Shown: positions 40,046 through 50,695, numbered from the stretch's first letter. The stretch: 64,000 nucleotides of DNA from Eubacteriales bacterium (GCA_045540335.1 JAZQHC010000045.1:85108-149107), one strand, 5' to 3'. Numbers and translations: made by a program. The notes: generated from the letters alone by a model not told the origin.

Positions 40046-41715
40046 CTGTTTAAATTATATTTTGCAACATATTCTTCAAGCGATAGATTTTCTTCTACAA
40101 TACGCGTTGCACTGTATCTTCCTACAAAACGCAGAGTCCAAGGTCGGAATTCAACGCCTGTGGAGGTTTGTTTTTCTTTAGGATATCGTACGATAAAACC
40201 GAATCGGTGTGCGTTTTCTTCAAACCATTCAAATACTTCGGATTTGCCGTACGATTCTTCCCTATCGCCAAAATATACCTCTGCCGTAAGGCCGAGAAGA
40301 TTCTCGTCGTATTGCGGTTGACCGTATTTTGATATATGCTTTTTGTCGTCATCCGCAGCCTGCAAAAGATCTTCCATGGTAACGTAGCCTCTGAATACTG
40401 CATATCTTGTTACGTCGTTTTTCTTCGCTTCCATCAGCATGGCTTCCAAAGCCTTAGCGGCGCATAAACGCAGTTCAACGGGTACTTCGTTACGAACGCT
40501 TTGATTGGAAGTGACCGTTAAATCGTTATATCTAAACGTTCCCTCTGCCGGATTGGTTCTGTTTATGATTTTAACGTATTCAAAAATGCTTGCAGGATTT
40601 ATGTATTCCTCGAAAGGTGTAATATCAATATCGTATTTATAAACTGTGTCATCTGCACTTAAAGCGTTTTCGTTAAGCGAAAGGATTGCTTGGGAATTCT
40701 TAAGCTTATATGTAATATCTGCATATTCAGCCTTTGCACCCAATACGGCAATATCGCTTTCATTTATAACAATCCTGCTTACAGTAACGGTTCGTTCGTT
40801 TTCGTTATGAACGATTTTGACGCCTTGCATATAGTTTTCAAAAAACTCTAACGGTATATATAGCCTTTCGTCTTCTTTAAACGTTTCAGAAGAAAGGCGT
40901 ATCTCATTTTTATTAACGTATGCACTTCTGGTATTTATACGGAAAGAAGCAGTTTCGTTCCCGTTATCGGGCGAGATATATTTTATTTCATATTCGTCGC
41001 CTGCAACGGTTAGGTTACACATGGAGGCAATATCATCGCCGCACAAATATAAAGTACCGTTTTTAAGAGCAATCTTACTATCTAATTTTCGCTTTTCGCC
41101 GTTGATTATATACGTATAATTTTCCTGTGACGGAGAATTTGAAATGCTTAACGAAATTCGAAAGGCAACAAAGGAAACGGTAAAAATCAAAACGCCGACT
41201 ATAATCATAGCTATCAGGCGTGCAACGTAGGCACTTATCATTGCTTTGTAGTACCCTAATTGCATTTCCCTTCTTGCAGAGTTGATTTTTCGTTTTTCTG
41301 ATGCAATTTTTCGTTGTTGCTCGATTCTGGTGGCGCGTTGCTGTTTTTGCGCTTGCGCCTTTTTTCTTGCGAAAGTTTCTGCTTGAAGTTTTCGTGCGGT
41401 TTCTTCCTGCATCTTCCTTGCACGCTCTTGCGCATTAATATTGTCGCGGTTGATCTGTTGTTGTTTCACCTGCGCTTTTTTGTGCACGATACTTTGTCGT
41501 TTGCGTGCGTTGGGTATTTTTTTATCAGTTTTATACGGCTTTCCATATGGGGGATGTGAAGTAATCGGGGGTTTTGCAGGCGGTGTATTTACTTGTGCGT
41601 GTATTTTTTCTTCATCTTCTTTTTTCTTTTTCTCTTGTTCAAGATGTCTGCGGTGGGAAGACATATAAGAAAACTCGTCGTGTCTGTTATCAGGCATTTT
41701 CATACCCCCTTTCAT
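40042..41715 (-). CDS. Membrane-anchored VanY-like (M15B) D,D-carboxypeptidase-fold protein with a basic disordered N-terminus. Its catalytic residues appear substituted.
   Basis: The C-terminus EENAHRFGFIVRYPKEKQTSTGVEFRPWTLRFVG resembles the VanY block ENAxKYGFILRYPKxK..TGYxYEPWHxRYVG, with EPWH changed to RPWT. The upstream SEHQTGLAID-like block reads DENLLGLTAEV. Confidence 0.5.
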   Translation of the reverse strand: MKGGMKMPDNRHDEFSYMSSHRRHLEQEKKKKEDEEKIHAQVNTPPAKPPITSHPPYGKPYKTDKKIPNARKRQSIVHKKAQVKQQQINRDNINAQERARKMQEETARKLQAETFARKKAQAQKQQRATRIEQQRKIASEKRKINSARREMQLGYYKAMISAYVARLIAMIIVGVLIFTVSFVAFRISLSISNSPSQENYTYIINGEKRKLDSKIALKNGTLYLCGDDIASMCNLTVAGDEYEIKYISPDNGNETASFRINTRSAYVNKNEIRLSSETFKEDERLYIPLEFFENYMQGVKIVHNENERTVTVSRIVINESDIAVLGAKAEYADITYKLKNSQAILSLNENALSADDTVYKYDIDITPFEEYINPASIFEYVKIINRTNPAEGTFRYNDLTVTSNQSVRNEVPVELRLCAAKALEAMLMEAKKNDVTRYAVFRGYVTMEDLLQAADDDKKHISKYGQPQYDENLLGLTAEVYFGDREESYGKSEVFEWFEENAHRFGFIVRYPKEKQTSTGVEFRPWTLRFVGRYSATRIVEENLSLEEYVAKYNLNR

Positions 41716-41731
41716 TGCATTTTAAAATAGT

Positions 41732-42559
41732 TTATTTACCAAATTTAGCTATTGTATCTCTGATGGAAAAATCGTTTTGCTTTAAAAGCTCGTACGCTTC
41801 TTCTTTTGTAATGTTAAGTATTTCTGCCGTAATGGAAGAAGCCCTTGTTTTAAGCTTTTCATTTGAAGCGCTTACGTTTATCATAAGATTTTCATATACC
41901 TTGCCCGTTTTTATCATAGCACATGTAGAAAGCATATTAAGAATAAGCTTCTGTGCTGTTCCGCTTTTCAATCTTGTTGATCCGGTGATAACCTCAGCCC
42001 CTGTATTGCAAGATAATTTTATATCTGCAAGCGTGTCGATATATGAACCGGGTGTGCTTGTAACGGAAACTGTTATTGCACCAAGCTCCTTCGCGGCTTT
42101 CATTGCACCGGCAACATACGGTGTTCTTCCGCTTGCTGCAATTCCGACGAGAACGTCGTTTGTGCCAAGCTTTCTGTCAATAATTTCTTTATAACCATTT
42201 TCTTCGCTGTCTTCTGCGCCTTCTGAGCTTTTCCTTAAGGCACCGTCGCCGCCTGCTATAATTCCTACGACAAGCGTATCCGGAACGCCGAAGGTAGGGG
42301 GGCATTCAGAAGCATCCAGCACGCCTATTCTGCCGCTTGTGCCTGCACCTATGTAATATAAGTGACCGCCATTGTCGAAGGCTTCGGCTATTTTGTCAAC
42401 TGCCTGTGCAACCTCCGGCAAAATATCATCTATTGCATCAAAAGCGCGTTTGCTTTCTTTATGCATTAAAGCGACCATTTCGTTAGTGGGAAGCTTATCA
42501 ATGTTCATCGTGTTTGGGTTTCTTTGCTCTGTGTTGATTTTTTTTGTGTCTATCATCAT
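41732..42559 (-). CDS. murQ: N-acetylmuramic acid 6-phosphate etherase. The track ORF starts at an upstream TTG at 42589; the likely start is the ATG at 42559.
   Basis: The protein starts with a MurQ-like MMIDTKKINTEQRNPNTMNIDKL and contains an SIS domain. Confidence 0.8.
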   Translation of the reverse strand: MMIDTKKINTEQRNPNTMNIDKLPTNEMVALMHKESKRAFDAIDDILPEVAQAVDKIAEAFDNGGHLYYIGAGTSGRIGVLDASECPPTFGVPDTLVVGIIAGGDGALRKSSEGAEDSEENGYKEIIDRKLGTNDVLVGIAASGRTPYVAGAMKAAKELGAITVSVTSTPGSYIDTLADIKLSCNTGAEVITGSTRLKSGTAQKLILNMLSTCAMIKTGKVYENLMINVSASNEKLKTRASSITAEILNITKEEAYELLKQNDFSIRDTIAKFGK

Positions 42560-42589
42560 AATATCATCCTCCAAAATATCATCCTCCAA
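42560..42589 (-). repeat. Perfect tandem duplication of the 15-nt unit TTGGAGGATGATATT (contains the RBS GGAGG) immediately 5' of the murQ ATG
   Basis: The minus strand reads ...gaatgatatt TTGGAGGATGATATT TTGGAGGATGATATT ATGATGATAGAC... Confidence 0.85.
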
Positions 42590-42707
42590 AATATCATTCG
42601 GACATTATTATATATTATTTTTTAAATTACATCTACAACATTTTATTAATAATAAAAAAATTTGTATTTATTTGAAATACGATAGACGTATTCTAAAAAA
42701 GAAAAAT

Positions 42708-42744
42708 AAAAAAACGCAGATAACGGCTATTATCTGCGTTTTTT
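42708..42744. terminator. Bidirectional intrinsic terminator between hppA (-) and the upstream region
   Basis: The sequence is aaaaaaaCGCAGATAAcggctaTTATCTGCGtttttt. Confidence 0.7.
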
Positions 42745-42759
42745 ATGAATATCTATATC

Positions 42760-44871
42760 TTACAGAATTTTATCAATTATGTTGTAATGTGCCGTAATAT
42801 AGGCAAATACAATAGAAACTATTGAAAGCAGTTTGATAAGAATATTGATAGCAGGACCGCTTGTATCCTTAAATGGATCGCCTACAGTATCGCCCACGAC
42901 AGCAGCTTTATGGCAATCACTTCCCTTGCCGCCGTAATTTCCGCCTTCGATATATTTTTTAGCGTTATCCCAAGCGCCGCCGGCGTTTGACATAAGTATT
43001 GCCAAAAGAAATCCTGATACAACCGCACCGCAAAGCATACCAGCCACACCTGACGGGCCGAGAAGCAAGCCGACAATAATCGGCACAACCACAGCCAACA
43101 CAGACGGCAATATCATGTAGTGCAGTGAAGATTTTGTACAAAGGTCAACACATTTGGCATAATCGGGCTTCGCCTTGTATTCCATAATGCCAAGTATTTC
43201 TTTAAACTGTCTTCTTACTTCAAGAACGATGCTTTGTGCGGCATTGCCAACTGCTTCCATCGTAAGAGAAGCGAATATGAACGGCAACATAGCACCTATA
43301 AACACACCTATAAGAACAACAGGGCTTACTATTTCTGTATTAAACGTGAAGCCTTCGCCGATAATGTTTTCTATCTGTTGTTTAAACGCAACGATAAGGG
43401 ATAAAGACGTTAATGCTGCAGAGCCGATGGCAAAACCTTTGCCTGTTGCGGCAGTAGTGTTACCGAGAGAATCAAGTGCATCTGTTCTTTCGCGAACTAT
43501 TTCGTCCATTCCTGCCATTTGCGCAATACCGCCGGCATTATCAGCAATAGGACCATATGCGTCTGTTGCAAGTGTAATGCCAAGCGTTGAAAGCATGCCA
43601 ACAGCGGAAATCGCAATTCCGAACAAGCCAAGGTTTACATTGCTTCCGCCGCCGGAAACAAGGAAGGATGTTAATACAGATATAGCAACTACAACAACGG
43701 GTGCAACACAGCTTTTTAAACCAAGCGAAAAACCGCCTATAATAATCGTTGCAGAGCCGGTTTGTGAGGATGAAGCTAATTTTTGTGTCGGTTTATAAGT
43801 ATCTGACGTGAAATACTCTGTAAAATAACCAATAAGAACGCCTGCAAATAATCCGGAAACTACTGCACCGTAAATTCCGATATATTCCTTGCCGAGAACA
43901 AACCAAATAAGCGGGAAAGCGCAAACAGCAAATGCAACGGCACTGATGTACGTACCGCGTCTTAAAGCGGAAAGCAAGGTTTTTTGATCTGTGCTTTCAC
44001 CGCAACGAACAAAGAACGTACCTATTACAGAACAAATTACACCGAGAACCGCAAGTAAAAGCGGAACGATCATTTTATCAAAAGTGGAGAAGCCTGCATA
44101 ATAAGCAAGTGAAAGCGCCGAGATGATCGAACCAACGTAAGATTCGTAAAGGTCTGCGCCCATGCCTGCAACGTCACCGACATTGTCACCAACGTTGTCT
44201 GCAATCGTTGCGGGGTTTCTTGCATCATCTTCAGGGATACCCGCTTCAACCTTACCTACAAGGTCTGCCCCAACATCTGCCGCTTTGGTAAATATACCGC
44301 CGCCAACGCGGGCAAATAAAGCCATTGTAGAAGCACCTATACCGAAAGTTACCATATTGGAAGCTATCTGTGCTTCGTTAAGCTGAAAAGCGTATCTTAA
44401 TAAGAAATACCAAATAGATGTATCAAGCAAGCCAAGACCTACAACTACAAATCCCATAACCGAACCGGCCGAAAAAGCAACGCGAAGCCCTTTATTAAGG
44501 CTTGTGGAAGCTGCCGTTGCCGTTCTGCCGTTACCCATTGTAGCTATCTTCATTCCAAGATAACCGGACAAAGCAGAGAAAACGCCGCCCGTTAAAAACG
44601 CAAAAGGCGTGTATTGGGATATAAGTCTCGTTCCGTCTTCGCCGGTTTTGATAAACGAGAGTATCAAAAATACAACAAAAGCAATTGCGAAAAATATCAC
44701 AACTGTCTTATACTGTCTTTTCAAATAAGCATTTGCACCGTCTTTTATAGACTTCGAAAGCTCGCGTACCTTTTCAGTACCTTGATCGGCTTTCTTGACC
44801 TTCATCGCGTTATACAAAGCAAAAAGTAACGCAACTACCGCGCCTATCGGTGCTAAAAACGACAAATCCAT
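42760..44871 (-). CDS. hppA: Membrane-bound proton/sodium-translocating pyrophosphatase
   Basis: The 703-aa product has about 16 transmembrane segments and the family motifs GGIFTKAADVGADLVGKVE and DNVGDNVGD. Confidence 0.85.
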   Translation of the reverse strand: MDLSFLAPIGAVVALLFALYNAMKVKKADQGTEKVRELSKSIKDGANAYLKRQYKTVVIFFAIAFVVFLILSFIKTGEDGTRLISQYTPFAFLTGGVFSALSGYLGMKIATMGNGRTATAASTSLNKGLRVAFSAGSVMGFVVVGLGLLDTSIWYFLLRYAFQLNEAQIASNMVTFGIGASTMALFARVGGGIFTKAADVGADLVGKVEAGIPEDDARNPATIADNVGDNVGDVAGMGADLYESYVGSIISALSLAYYAGFSTFDKMIVPLLLAVLGVICSVIGTFFVRCGESTDQKTLLSALRRGTYISAVAFAVCAFPLIWFVLGKEYIGIYGAVVSGLFAGVLIGYFTEYFTSDTYKPTQKLASSSQTGSATIIIGGFSLGLKSCVAPVVVVAISVLTSFLVSGGGSNVNLGLFGIAISAVGMLSTLGITLATDAYGPIADNAGGIAQMAGMDEIVRERTDALDSLGNTTAATGKGFAIGSAALTSLSLIVAFKQQIENIIGEGFTFNTEIVSPVVLIGVFIGAMLPFIFASLTMEAVGNAAQSIVLEVRRQFKEILGIMEYKAKPDYAKCVDLCTKSSLHYMILPSVLAVVVPIIVGLLLGPSGVAGMLCGAVVSGFLLAILMSNAGGAWDNAKKYIEGGNYGGKGSDCHKAAVVGDTVGDPFKDTSGPAINILIKLLSIVSIVFAYITAHYNIIDKIL

Positions 44872-45043
44872 AAAGAATTGCCCCCTTCCGAATGTTGTTA
44901 CATTCTGTTTTTTTCAACAATAATTTTAAAATTGGGTACAAAACACCCCTTTAATAAAGTTATAATAACAAAATAATCCGCCTTTGTCAATAGAAAATGA
45001 TAATATTTTTGTAAAAATGTTAAAATGAGCATTTGAACATTTT

Positions 45044-46363
45044 TCAAATTTTATCATAACCCAAATCCCACAATAAACGTGAAAGTATATACTTATCACG
45101 AATATCCTTAGTATGAATAAATGCTTCGTTTGCGCTTTCTTCACTTTCGCCTATTTGTGCATATTCAGTTGGAAAACCGATTTTTTTGTATAGATTTAAC
45201 ATTTCTGAATACTGCGGCATCTCGTCGTTTATTATTTCAAGTATTTGATTCCAATTTTTAATTATTCTTTCCAATCGAGCGGAATGTGTTTCTTTATTAT
45301 ACTTTTGTTCTTTTTCTTCCAAGGCAAGAATTTTTTCGGCACTTGTGCCAAAGTATTCTCGTATTTTTTCAAAATAGACTTTCGTGTTAAAATTTTTAAC
45401 AAATTCTGTACCGCGTTTTTTATCAGGGATTATTTTTTTTACTTCATTGTATTTCTTTATAACCTCCAACGTGGCAAGTCCCACTTGGATACCATGCAAT
45501 TGACAGCAAGTACCGTTTTCGATAGATTTCATCTCCCATAGATGTGAATAATAATGCTCTGTTCCTGATGCAGGGCGTGAAATTTCTGCAAACGCCATAG
45601 CTATTCCCGCTTTGATCAATCCATTCGTTACACTTTTTACAGCTTCTTTGTCTCCTGCAAGGAAGGCTTCGGCATTTAAAAAGCACTCGGTTGCACATTT
45701 TCTCATTATTTTCGCAATGCGTTCACAATAGTATTCGCCTGTTACGATATTTGAAATCCGCCATTCGCAAACACTTACGTATTTAGCAAGTATATCACCG
45801 ATCCCTGCTAATTTCATTATTTCGGGGGCTGTATTAAGTATATCGGGGTCAGCTATTATTACATCCGGGCAAGACGAAGATATGGTTGTTTTTACCCCGC
45901 CGAAAAGCATAGAGGAAGAGTTTGAAGCATATCCGTCCATTGAAGGTGCAGTTGCCACTATTACGTACGGCAGTCTTGTAAGTAATTTTAAAAATTTGCA
46001 AATATCGTTTATCGTTCCGCTTCCCAATGCGATTATAATATCGGATTGCTGATATTCCATTACAACTTGCCCAACTGCTTTTTCACATGGTTCTAAACGG
46101 TCTTTATCGTTATCAAGCATACAAAACTTAAATATTATGTTGGATTCTTTGAGGATTTGTTCTGTTATTTTTCCGGCGGCGCTGTACGTATTTTTATCAC
46201 ACACCACATACGCTTTTTTTACATTGTATTTTGATATAACCTCGCGTAAATTTGTTATGTTATCGTAAACCGCCTTTAAATCTGTTTTATGTGATTTTCC
46301 GCATTGGCACGAAAATTCGGAATTCAATAATTCATTTATGGTAAGCGCATCAAAATCAATCAT
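45044..46363 (-). CDS. Iron-containing ADH-family enzyme, glycerol-1-phosphate dehydrogenase-like (AraM/EgsA-like)
   Basis: It has a dehydroquinate-synthase-like fold with an NAD-binding GSGTINDICKF motif and a metal-binding His cluster HYYSHLWE...QLHG. Confidence 0.55.
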   Translation of the reverse strand: MIDFDALTINELLNSEFSCQCGKSHKTDLKAVYDNITNLREVISKYNVKKAYVVCDKNTYSAAGKITEQILKESNIIFKFCMLDNDKDRLEPCEKAVGQVVMEYQQSDIIIALGSGTINDICKFLKLLTRLPYVIVATAPSMDGYASNSSSMLFGGVKTTISSSCPDVIIADPDILNTAPEIMKLAGIGDILAKYVSVCEWRISNIVTGEYYCERIAKIMRKCATECFLNAEAFLAGDKEAVKSVTNGLIKAGIAMAFAEISRPASGTEHYYSHLWEMKSIENGTCCQLHGIQVGLATLEVIKKYNEVKKIIPDKKRGTEFVKNFNTKVYFEKIREYFGTSAEKILALEEKEQKYNKETHSARLERIIKNWNQILEIINDEMPQYSEMLNLYKKIGFPTEYAQIGESEESANEAFIHTKDIRDKYILSRLLWDLGYDKI

Positions 46364-46403
46364 ATAATCACCTTTTATTTACTTTTTATAAATTTCTCGG
46401 ATA

Positions 46404-46432
46404 TTGACATTTCAACAAAAATGTTGTATAAT
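46404..46432 (+). promoter_or_regulatory. Perfect sigma-A consensus promoter (TTGACA-17-TATAAT) for the lipoprotein gene
   Basis: ttgaca is at 46404-46409, the spacer is 17 nt, and tataat is at 46427-46432. This sits about 38 nt upstream of the ATG at 46470. Confidence 0.7.
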
Positions 46433-46469
46433 TATCAACAGAATTTTTGAAACATAAGAGGAATAAAGT

Positions 46470-47486
46470 ATGAATAAAGTTGTACGTCCCAATCGTTTTA
46501 CACGTTATACGCCGCGTTTTGCTGCGATTTTGATTGCATTTTCTCTCGTATTTGCATTCACGGCATGCAAATCAAACAATGAAGAATCAACCTCTGCAAA
46601 TACCGAAAATACAACCACGCAATCGTTGCAAACAGAAGGACAGACAGCACCTGATATTTCAACGGAAACCGATGAAGAAAATATTACCGCATCGGATATA
46701 ACTGGCTTTGAAACTAATGTACCGATAGAAGATACGACCGCCGACGATACGGAATATGTTACAGATATAATTACCGAATCTTTAACAACAAAACCAAAAC
46801 CTCCTGTTACTACCAAAAAGCCGATTGTAACCACCCCTGCGGAGGATACTACGGTACCTGTTGAAGATTCTGACGAAATAGCAGATTCCGATATTATAGA
46901 AGATTCTGAAATCCCCGAAGATTCCGATTTTATTGAGGATTCCGATGATATCGCGGATTCTGATGATATTGTGGATTCTGAAGAAGATACTACACAGCCC
47001 CCGGATACCGAACCTGAAGTTCCTAACATACAGGGTATGGAATGCACAGAAAAACAGTTGGAATTTTACAATAAATCACAAGACCTTTTCAGCGTAATGC
47101 TGCTTAACAATAAGGAAATTGAAGCAGAAGCTTCAATTTGCAAGGTTGAATACCTTGAATGGCGTGCCGGCGTACAAACTTTTTCTAAATTTACCGCTGT
47201 AAATCCCGCTACGGGCGAAACGGAAGAATGCTACAGGCTAAGGGTACAGGCGGAATATTTCTATGAATACAGCGTTTTTGAAACGATTTGCGAGATTCCC
47301 GTTTTTTTAACCGAATTTGATGCGTTTGTTGAAAACTATAACGCCATTCCACGTGCTGAAAAAACGTATAAAAAAGTTGACAAGGATATGTACTACACCT
47401 CGGATATGTTCGTACAGATGTCTGATGCCGAAGCACAGGTGTGGACAGATTTATTCACTTCTATAATTGATAACTTCCCTGCTTAA
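46470..47486 (+). CDS. Lipoprotein with an acidic repeat region (D/E/S/I-rich) and a C-terminal domain of unknown function
   Basis: It has a lipobox (LVFAFTAC) and a low-complexity block DSDEIADSDIIEDSEIPEDSDFIEDSDDIADSDDIVDSEED. Confidence 0.5.
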   Translation: MNKVVRPNRFTRYTPRFAAILIAFSLVFAFTACKSNNEESTSANTENTTTQSLQTEGQTAPDISTETDEENITASDITGFETNVPIEDTTADDTEYVTDIITESLTTKPKPPVTTKKPIVTTPAEDTTVPVEDSDEIADSDIIEDSEIPEDSDFIEDSDDIADSDDIVDSEEDTTQPPDTEPEVPNIQGMECTEKQLEFYNKSQDLFSVMLLNNKEIEAEASICKVEYLEWRAGVQTFSKFTAVNPATGETEECYRLRVQAEYFYEYSVFETICEIPVFLTEFDAFVENYNAIPRAEKTYKKVDKDMYYTSDMFVQMSDAEAQVWTDLFTSIIDNFPA

Positions 47487-47699
47487 TTTGTTAATTGTTT
47501 ATTTTAAATGCGAAGAATGTATATCATTTTTCGCATTTTCCTTTTGGAAATTATCATTTCATTGTAAAAAACAACCTAAGATGCAAATCGTGTTTTTGTT
47601 GTCAATAGTTTAAGATTTATTAATTTGTTAGTATATATTTAAAAGACCAAATTTGTTATACTGTCGTGTGATTAACATTTTATATAAGGTGGTGAAAAG

Positions 47700-49094
47700 A
47701 TGAAAAGTAAATATATCGGAAATCGATCGTTTTACAAAAACGTAATGATCGTAGCAATACCGATAATGATACAAAACGGAATTACAAACTTCGTTAATTT
47801 ATTGGATAATATAATGGTAGGCAGGCTTGGCACGGTTGAAATGACAGGAGTTGCAATCGTAAATCAGTTGATGTTCGTTTTTAATCTTACCATATTCGGC
47901 ACTATTGCAGGGGCAGGTATTTTTACTGCCCAATTTTACGGAAAAAAAGATAATAAAGGCATTCGGGCAACGTTTAGATACAAGTTAATGGCAGTTTTTC
48001 TAATTACTGTTATCGGAATAGTTATAATGTCCGTATTGGGCGAAAATTTAATAAGATTATATCTTACGGGTGACGGTACACCTGAACAGATCGAGCAAAG
48101 CGTAGTTTTTGCCAAACAATATCTTTCGATAATGCTTATAGGTATTCCTGCGTTTGCAGTTTCTCAATGCTATTCAGGCACGCTGCGTGAAACAAGCGAA
48201 ACTATTGTACCAATGATGGCAGGCATTGTTTCAATATTGGTTAACTTCGTTTTAAATCTTTTACTTATATTTGGGCTTTGCGGATTTCCGCGTCTTGGCG
48301 TTGCGGGCGCAGCAATAGCAACTGTTATTTCAAGATTTTCAGAACTTGTATTTGTTGCATTAAAAACGCATAAAAACAGTAATAAATACGCTTTCATAAA
48401 GCAGGCTTATAAAAGCCTTAAAATTCCTCGAAAGCTTGCCGTCGAAATTACAAAAAAATGTATCCCTTTAATGCTTAACGAAGCACTTTGGTCAACGGGT
48501 ATGGCAATGCTGGTACAATGTTATTCCATACGCGGATACGACGTTGTTTCTGCATTGAACATCAACTCGACGGTAAGCAACGTCTTTAACGTTTCGTTTA
48601 TTGCAATGGGAAGTGCAATAGCGATAATAATAGGTCAAATGTTAGGTAAAGGTGACATCGAAGAGGCGGTTGATGCAGACAGAAAGCTTATCGTTTTCTC
48701 GTTACTTTTATGTACCGCAGTAGGCGTTGTGATGGCGCTTGCTTCGCCGCTGTTCCCTCTTGTTTATAAAACCAGTAGTGAAATACACGCTTTGGCTTCT
48801 CAATTCATACTTTGTGCGGCAATTTGCATGCCAATACACTCCGTTGCCAACGCTTGTTACTTTACACTTCGTTCAGGCGGTAAAACATTTATAACCGTTT
48901 TGTTTGACAGTTGTTTTGTATGGATAATATCTGTGCCGCTTGCTTTTGTCTTAAGCCGTTATACGGATATGCCGGTAGTTTTACTTTATTTTACATGCAC
49001 CGCGGTTGATATAATAAAATGTATTATAGGTCTTATTATGATCAAAAAAGGTGTGTGGATAAATAATATCGTAAAGGATCAAAAGGTTGAATAA
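47700..49094 (+). CDS. MATE-family efflux transporter
   Basis: It has 12 transmembrane segments with the twin MatE-domain pattern. Confidence 0.8.
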   Translation: MKSKYIGNRSFYKNVMIVAIPIMIQNGITNFVNLLDNIMVGRLGTVEMTGVAIVNQLMFVFNLTIFGTIAGAGIFTAQFYGKKDNKGIRATFRYKLMAVFLITVIGIVIMSVLGENLIRLYLTGDGTPEQIEQSVVFAKQYLSIMLIGIPAFAVSQCYSGTLRETSETIVPMMAGIVSILVNFVLNLLLIFGLCGFPRLGVAGAAIATVISRFSELVFVALKTHKNSNKYAFIKQAYKSLKIPRKLAVEITKKCIPLMLNEALWSTGMAMLVQCYSIRGYDVVSALNINSTVSNVFNVSFIAMGSAIAIIIGQMLGKGDIEEAVDADRKLIVFSLLLCTAVGVVMALASPLFPLVYKTSSEIHALASQFILCAAICMPIHSVANACYFTLRSGGKTFITVLFDSCFVWIISVPLAFVLSRYTDMPVVLLYFTCTAVDIIKCIIGLIMIKKGVWINNIVKDQKVE

Positions 49095-49110
49095 TAAAAA
49101 GGAGTTTGTT

Positions 49111-49671
49111 ATGCGTAAAAATTTTGGTGTTAAAACTTGGCTGTATCCTATGCCTGTATTGATAATAGGCACATATGATGAAAAAGGTGTGCCCGATGCA
49201 ATGAATGCTGCATGGGGCGGTATTTACGACACAAATCAAGTGATGGTATGCCTTGCAGACGATCACAAAACTACGGAAAACATAAATAAAACGAAAGCTT
49301 TTACAGTAAGCTTTGCAACAACGAAAACCGTAGTTCCCTGCGATTACGTTGGTATTGTTTCTGCAAACGATATACCCGATAAATTTGCAAAAGCCGGTTT
49401 TCATGCTTTAAAAAGCGAATTTGTAAATGCACCTGTTATCGAAGAATTGCCACTTACGGTAGAATGCAAGCTTTTAAAGTTTAACGAAGATGGTATTTGT
49501 ATAGGAAATATTGTAAATATTTCAGCAGACGAAAGCATTCTTAATGAAAACGGTAAAATAGATGCAAAAAAATTAGATCCTATCATATACGATAGCGTAA
49601 CCCATGCATATTGGAATTTTGGCGAAATAATCGGACACGCATTTTCTGATGGAAATAAACTTAAAAATTGA
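49111..49671 (+). CDS. Flavin reductase-like FMN-binding split-barrel protein
   Basis: The family N-terminus WLYPMPVLIIGTYDEKGVPDAMNAAWGG is present. The start was chosen at the ATG at 49111, preceded by an AAAGGAG RBS; the track starts 24 nt earlier. Confidence 0.65.
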   Translation: MRKNFGVKTWLYPMPVLIIGTYDEKGVPDAMNAAWGGIYDTNQVMVCLADDHKTTENINKTKAFTVSFATTKTVVPCDYVGIVSANDIPDKFAKAGFHALKSEFVNAPVIEELPLTVECKLLKFNEDGICIGNIVNISADESILNENGKIDAKKLDPIIYDSVTHAYWNFGEIIGHAFSDGNKLKN

Positions 49672-49687
49672 AAGCCGGTGATTTAAA

Positions 49688-50695
49688 ATGCCACTTAAGA
49701 TAGTTCGAAATGATATAACAAAGATGGCAGTAGATGCTATTGTCAATGCCGCTAATGAAACCTTGCTTGGCGGCGGAGGGGTTGACGGTGCAATTCACCG
49801 TGCAGCCGGCAAAAGGCTTCTTAATGAATGTAAATCGCTTGGCGGTTGTAAAACCGGGTGTGCAAAAATCACCTCGGGATATGATCTGCCTGCAAAATAC
49901 GTAATACATACAGTAGGCCCTATATATAAAAACGGTAAATGCGGCGAAAAGCAATTACTTGAATCATGCTATAAAGAATCTTTATCTTTGGCAAAAAAAT
50001 ACGGTTGTCAATCTATTGCGTTTCCGTTGATTTCTTCAGGGGCATATGGATATCCAAAAGACCAGGCGTTAAAGGTAGCGATCAATACGATCAGTGAGTT
50101 TCTTTTTGATAACGATATAAACGCGTATATAGTTATATTTGACCGTGCATCCTACTCAATAGGCGAAAAGCTGTTTTTTGATATTACCGAATATATCGAC
50201 GATAACTATGTAAAAAAACACACCTCGCATATCGGTGAAAGTATGCGTATGCGTGCAGCTCTTCCCCGTTTAGGAAAAAGCTGCAATCTACTTGAAGAAT
50301 GTATCTCAGAATCTTCATCCTGTAAAAACAGCCTTGATGATGCACTTAAAGAAATTGACGAAAGCTTTTCCGAAATGCTGTTACGTAAGATAGACGAAAA
50401 AAGAATGACCGATGCCGAATGTTACAAAAAAGCAAATATAGACAGAAAGCTGTTTTCTAAAATACGCAGCGACGTAAATTATAAGCCCAGTAAACCTACC
50501 GCGATTGCTTTCGCTATCTCGTTAGAGCTTTCGCTTGATGAAACGCAGGAAATGCTTCGAAAGGCGGGTTTTGCGCTTTCGCACAGTAATAAATTCGATA
50601 TTATAATAGAGTTCTTCATTAAAAACAATAATTACAATATATTTGAGATCAATGAAGCGTTGTTCGCCTTTGATCAAAATCTGTTGGGAGAGTAA
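49688..50695 (+). CDS. Macro-domain (YmdB-like ADP-ribose/O-acetyl-ADP-ribose hydrolase) protein fused to a C-terminal XRE-type HTH-like domain
   Basis: Residues 1-170 align with E. coli YmdB ([14 protein letters not shown]...[14 protein letters not shown]). Residues about 225-290, including [23 protein letters not shown] and [29 protein letters not shown], look like an XRE HTH. Confidence 0.65.
   Translation: MPLKIVRNDITKMAVDAIVNAANETLLGGGGVDGAIHRAAGKRLLNECKSLGGCKTGCAKITSGYDLPAKYVIHTVGPIYKNGKCGEKQLLESCYKESLSLAKKYGCQSIAFPLISSGAYGYPKDQALKVAINTISEFLFDNDINAYIVIFDRASYSIGEKLFFDITEYIDDNYVKKHTSHIGESMRMRAALPRLGKSCNLLEECISESSSCKNSLDDALKEIDESFSEMLLRKIDEKRMTDAECYKKANIDRKLFSKIRSDVNYKPSKPTAIAFAISLELSLDETQEMLRKAGFALSHSNKFDIIIEFFIKNNNYNIFEINEALFAFDQNLLGE

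Noticed and set aside
44886-44908. A GAATGT-tgtt-ACATTC palindrome in the hppA 5' UTR
   Set aside because: The stem is only 6 bp. It could form by chance in AT-rich DNA, so it is not reported as a regulatory element.
46505-47047. A minus-strand 180-aa ORF rich in S/G/V
   Set aside because: It is antisense to the acidic low-complexity repeat of the lipoprotein gene. The open frame is generated by the repeat, not by a real gene.
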